Part shown: piece by piece, positions 6,097-6,122 of the stretch
Layout of the letters: the number at the start of each line of letters is the position of its first letter
Numbering within the stretch: the first letter of the stretch is position 1
DNA from: Amoebophrya sp. A120
Taxonomy: Eukaryota > Protista > Dinoflagellata
Assembly: GCA_905178155.1 (NCBI GenBank)
Contig: CAJINV010000114.1
Location: 1-6,122 of the forward strand
Direction of reading: 5' to 3'
DNA: 6,122 bases
The notes under the pieces: generated by a model
Databases searched by the model: none
Seen by the model: the letters and a program-made list of their open reading frames with translations, nothing else
Told to the model about the DNA's origin: nothing
Made by a program: the position numbers and the translations under genes

Positions 6097-6097
6097 T

Positions 6098-6122
6098 TGT
6101 TAGAAGCCTAGACGCACGATAG
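6098..6122 (-). repeat. Probable U5 end of the LTR (last 25 nt, ending ...CTAACA)
   Basis: Lies upstream of the AT-rich gag leader and ends in AACA, the inverse of TGTT at 248..245. It shares TGTTA, GACGCAC and CTAG words with 6..39. Confidence 0.6.

Larger units (their letters stand above)
1..6122 (-). mobile_element. Ty1/copia (Pseudoviridae) LTR retrotransposon, apparently complete internal region plus one LTR-equivalent
   Basis: Gag with CCHC knuckle, then PR-IN-RT-RNase H; integrase upstream of RT is diagnostic of Ty1/copia. Copia-type motifs DSGASHHMTGD, GVFLGY, YKARLVALG, KSLYGL, YVDD and KHIDLRYH are present. A PPT adjoins a TG-starting LTR. Confidence 0.97.

Noticed and set aside
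6073-6122. A tRNA gene at the right end
   Set aside because: There is only partial similarity to a tRNA-Ser 5' half, with no T-arm or acceptor stem, so it is treated as a possible PBS instead.

Overview
The whole window is one Ty1/copia-type LTR retrotransposon on the minus strand, presumably from a eukaryotic host that cannot be identified from the sequence. Gag (5862..4780, ending in a CCHC knuckle) is followed by Pol in copia order: protease, integrase, RT, RNase H, ending TAG at 328. Gag and pol are in the same frame and separated by a single TGA-C two codons after the knuckle, which suggests programmed stop-codon readthrough. A polypurine tract (249..259) abuts an LTR starting TGTTGG at 248. 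There is no second LTR copy, but 6098..6122 supplies a ...TAACA LTR end, so the window most simply reads as a circularly permuted one-LTR unit with an LTR of about 273 bp. The primer-binding position has no TGG. It is complementary to the element's own LTR and also resembles the 5' half of tRNA-Ser(AGA), which points to non-canonical priming. Other oddities are Gly at the first integrase catalytic Asp position, an HMGA-like AT-hook, central and duplicated PPT copies, and a long repetitive Gag-protease spacer.
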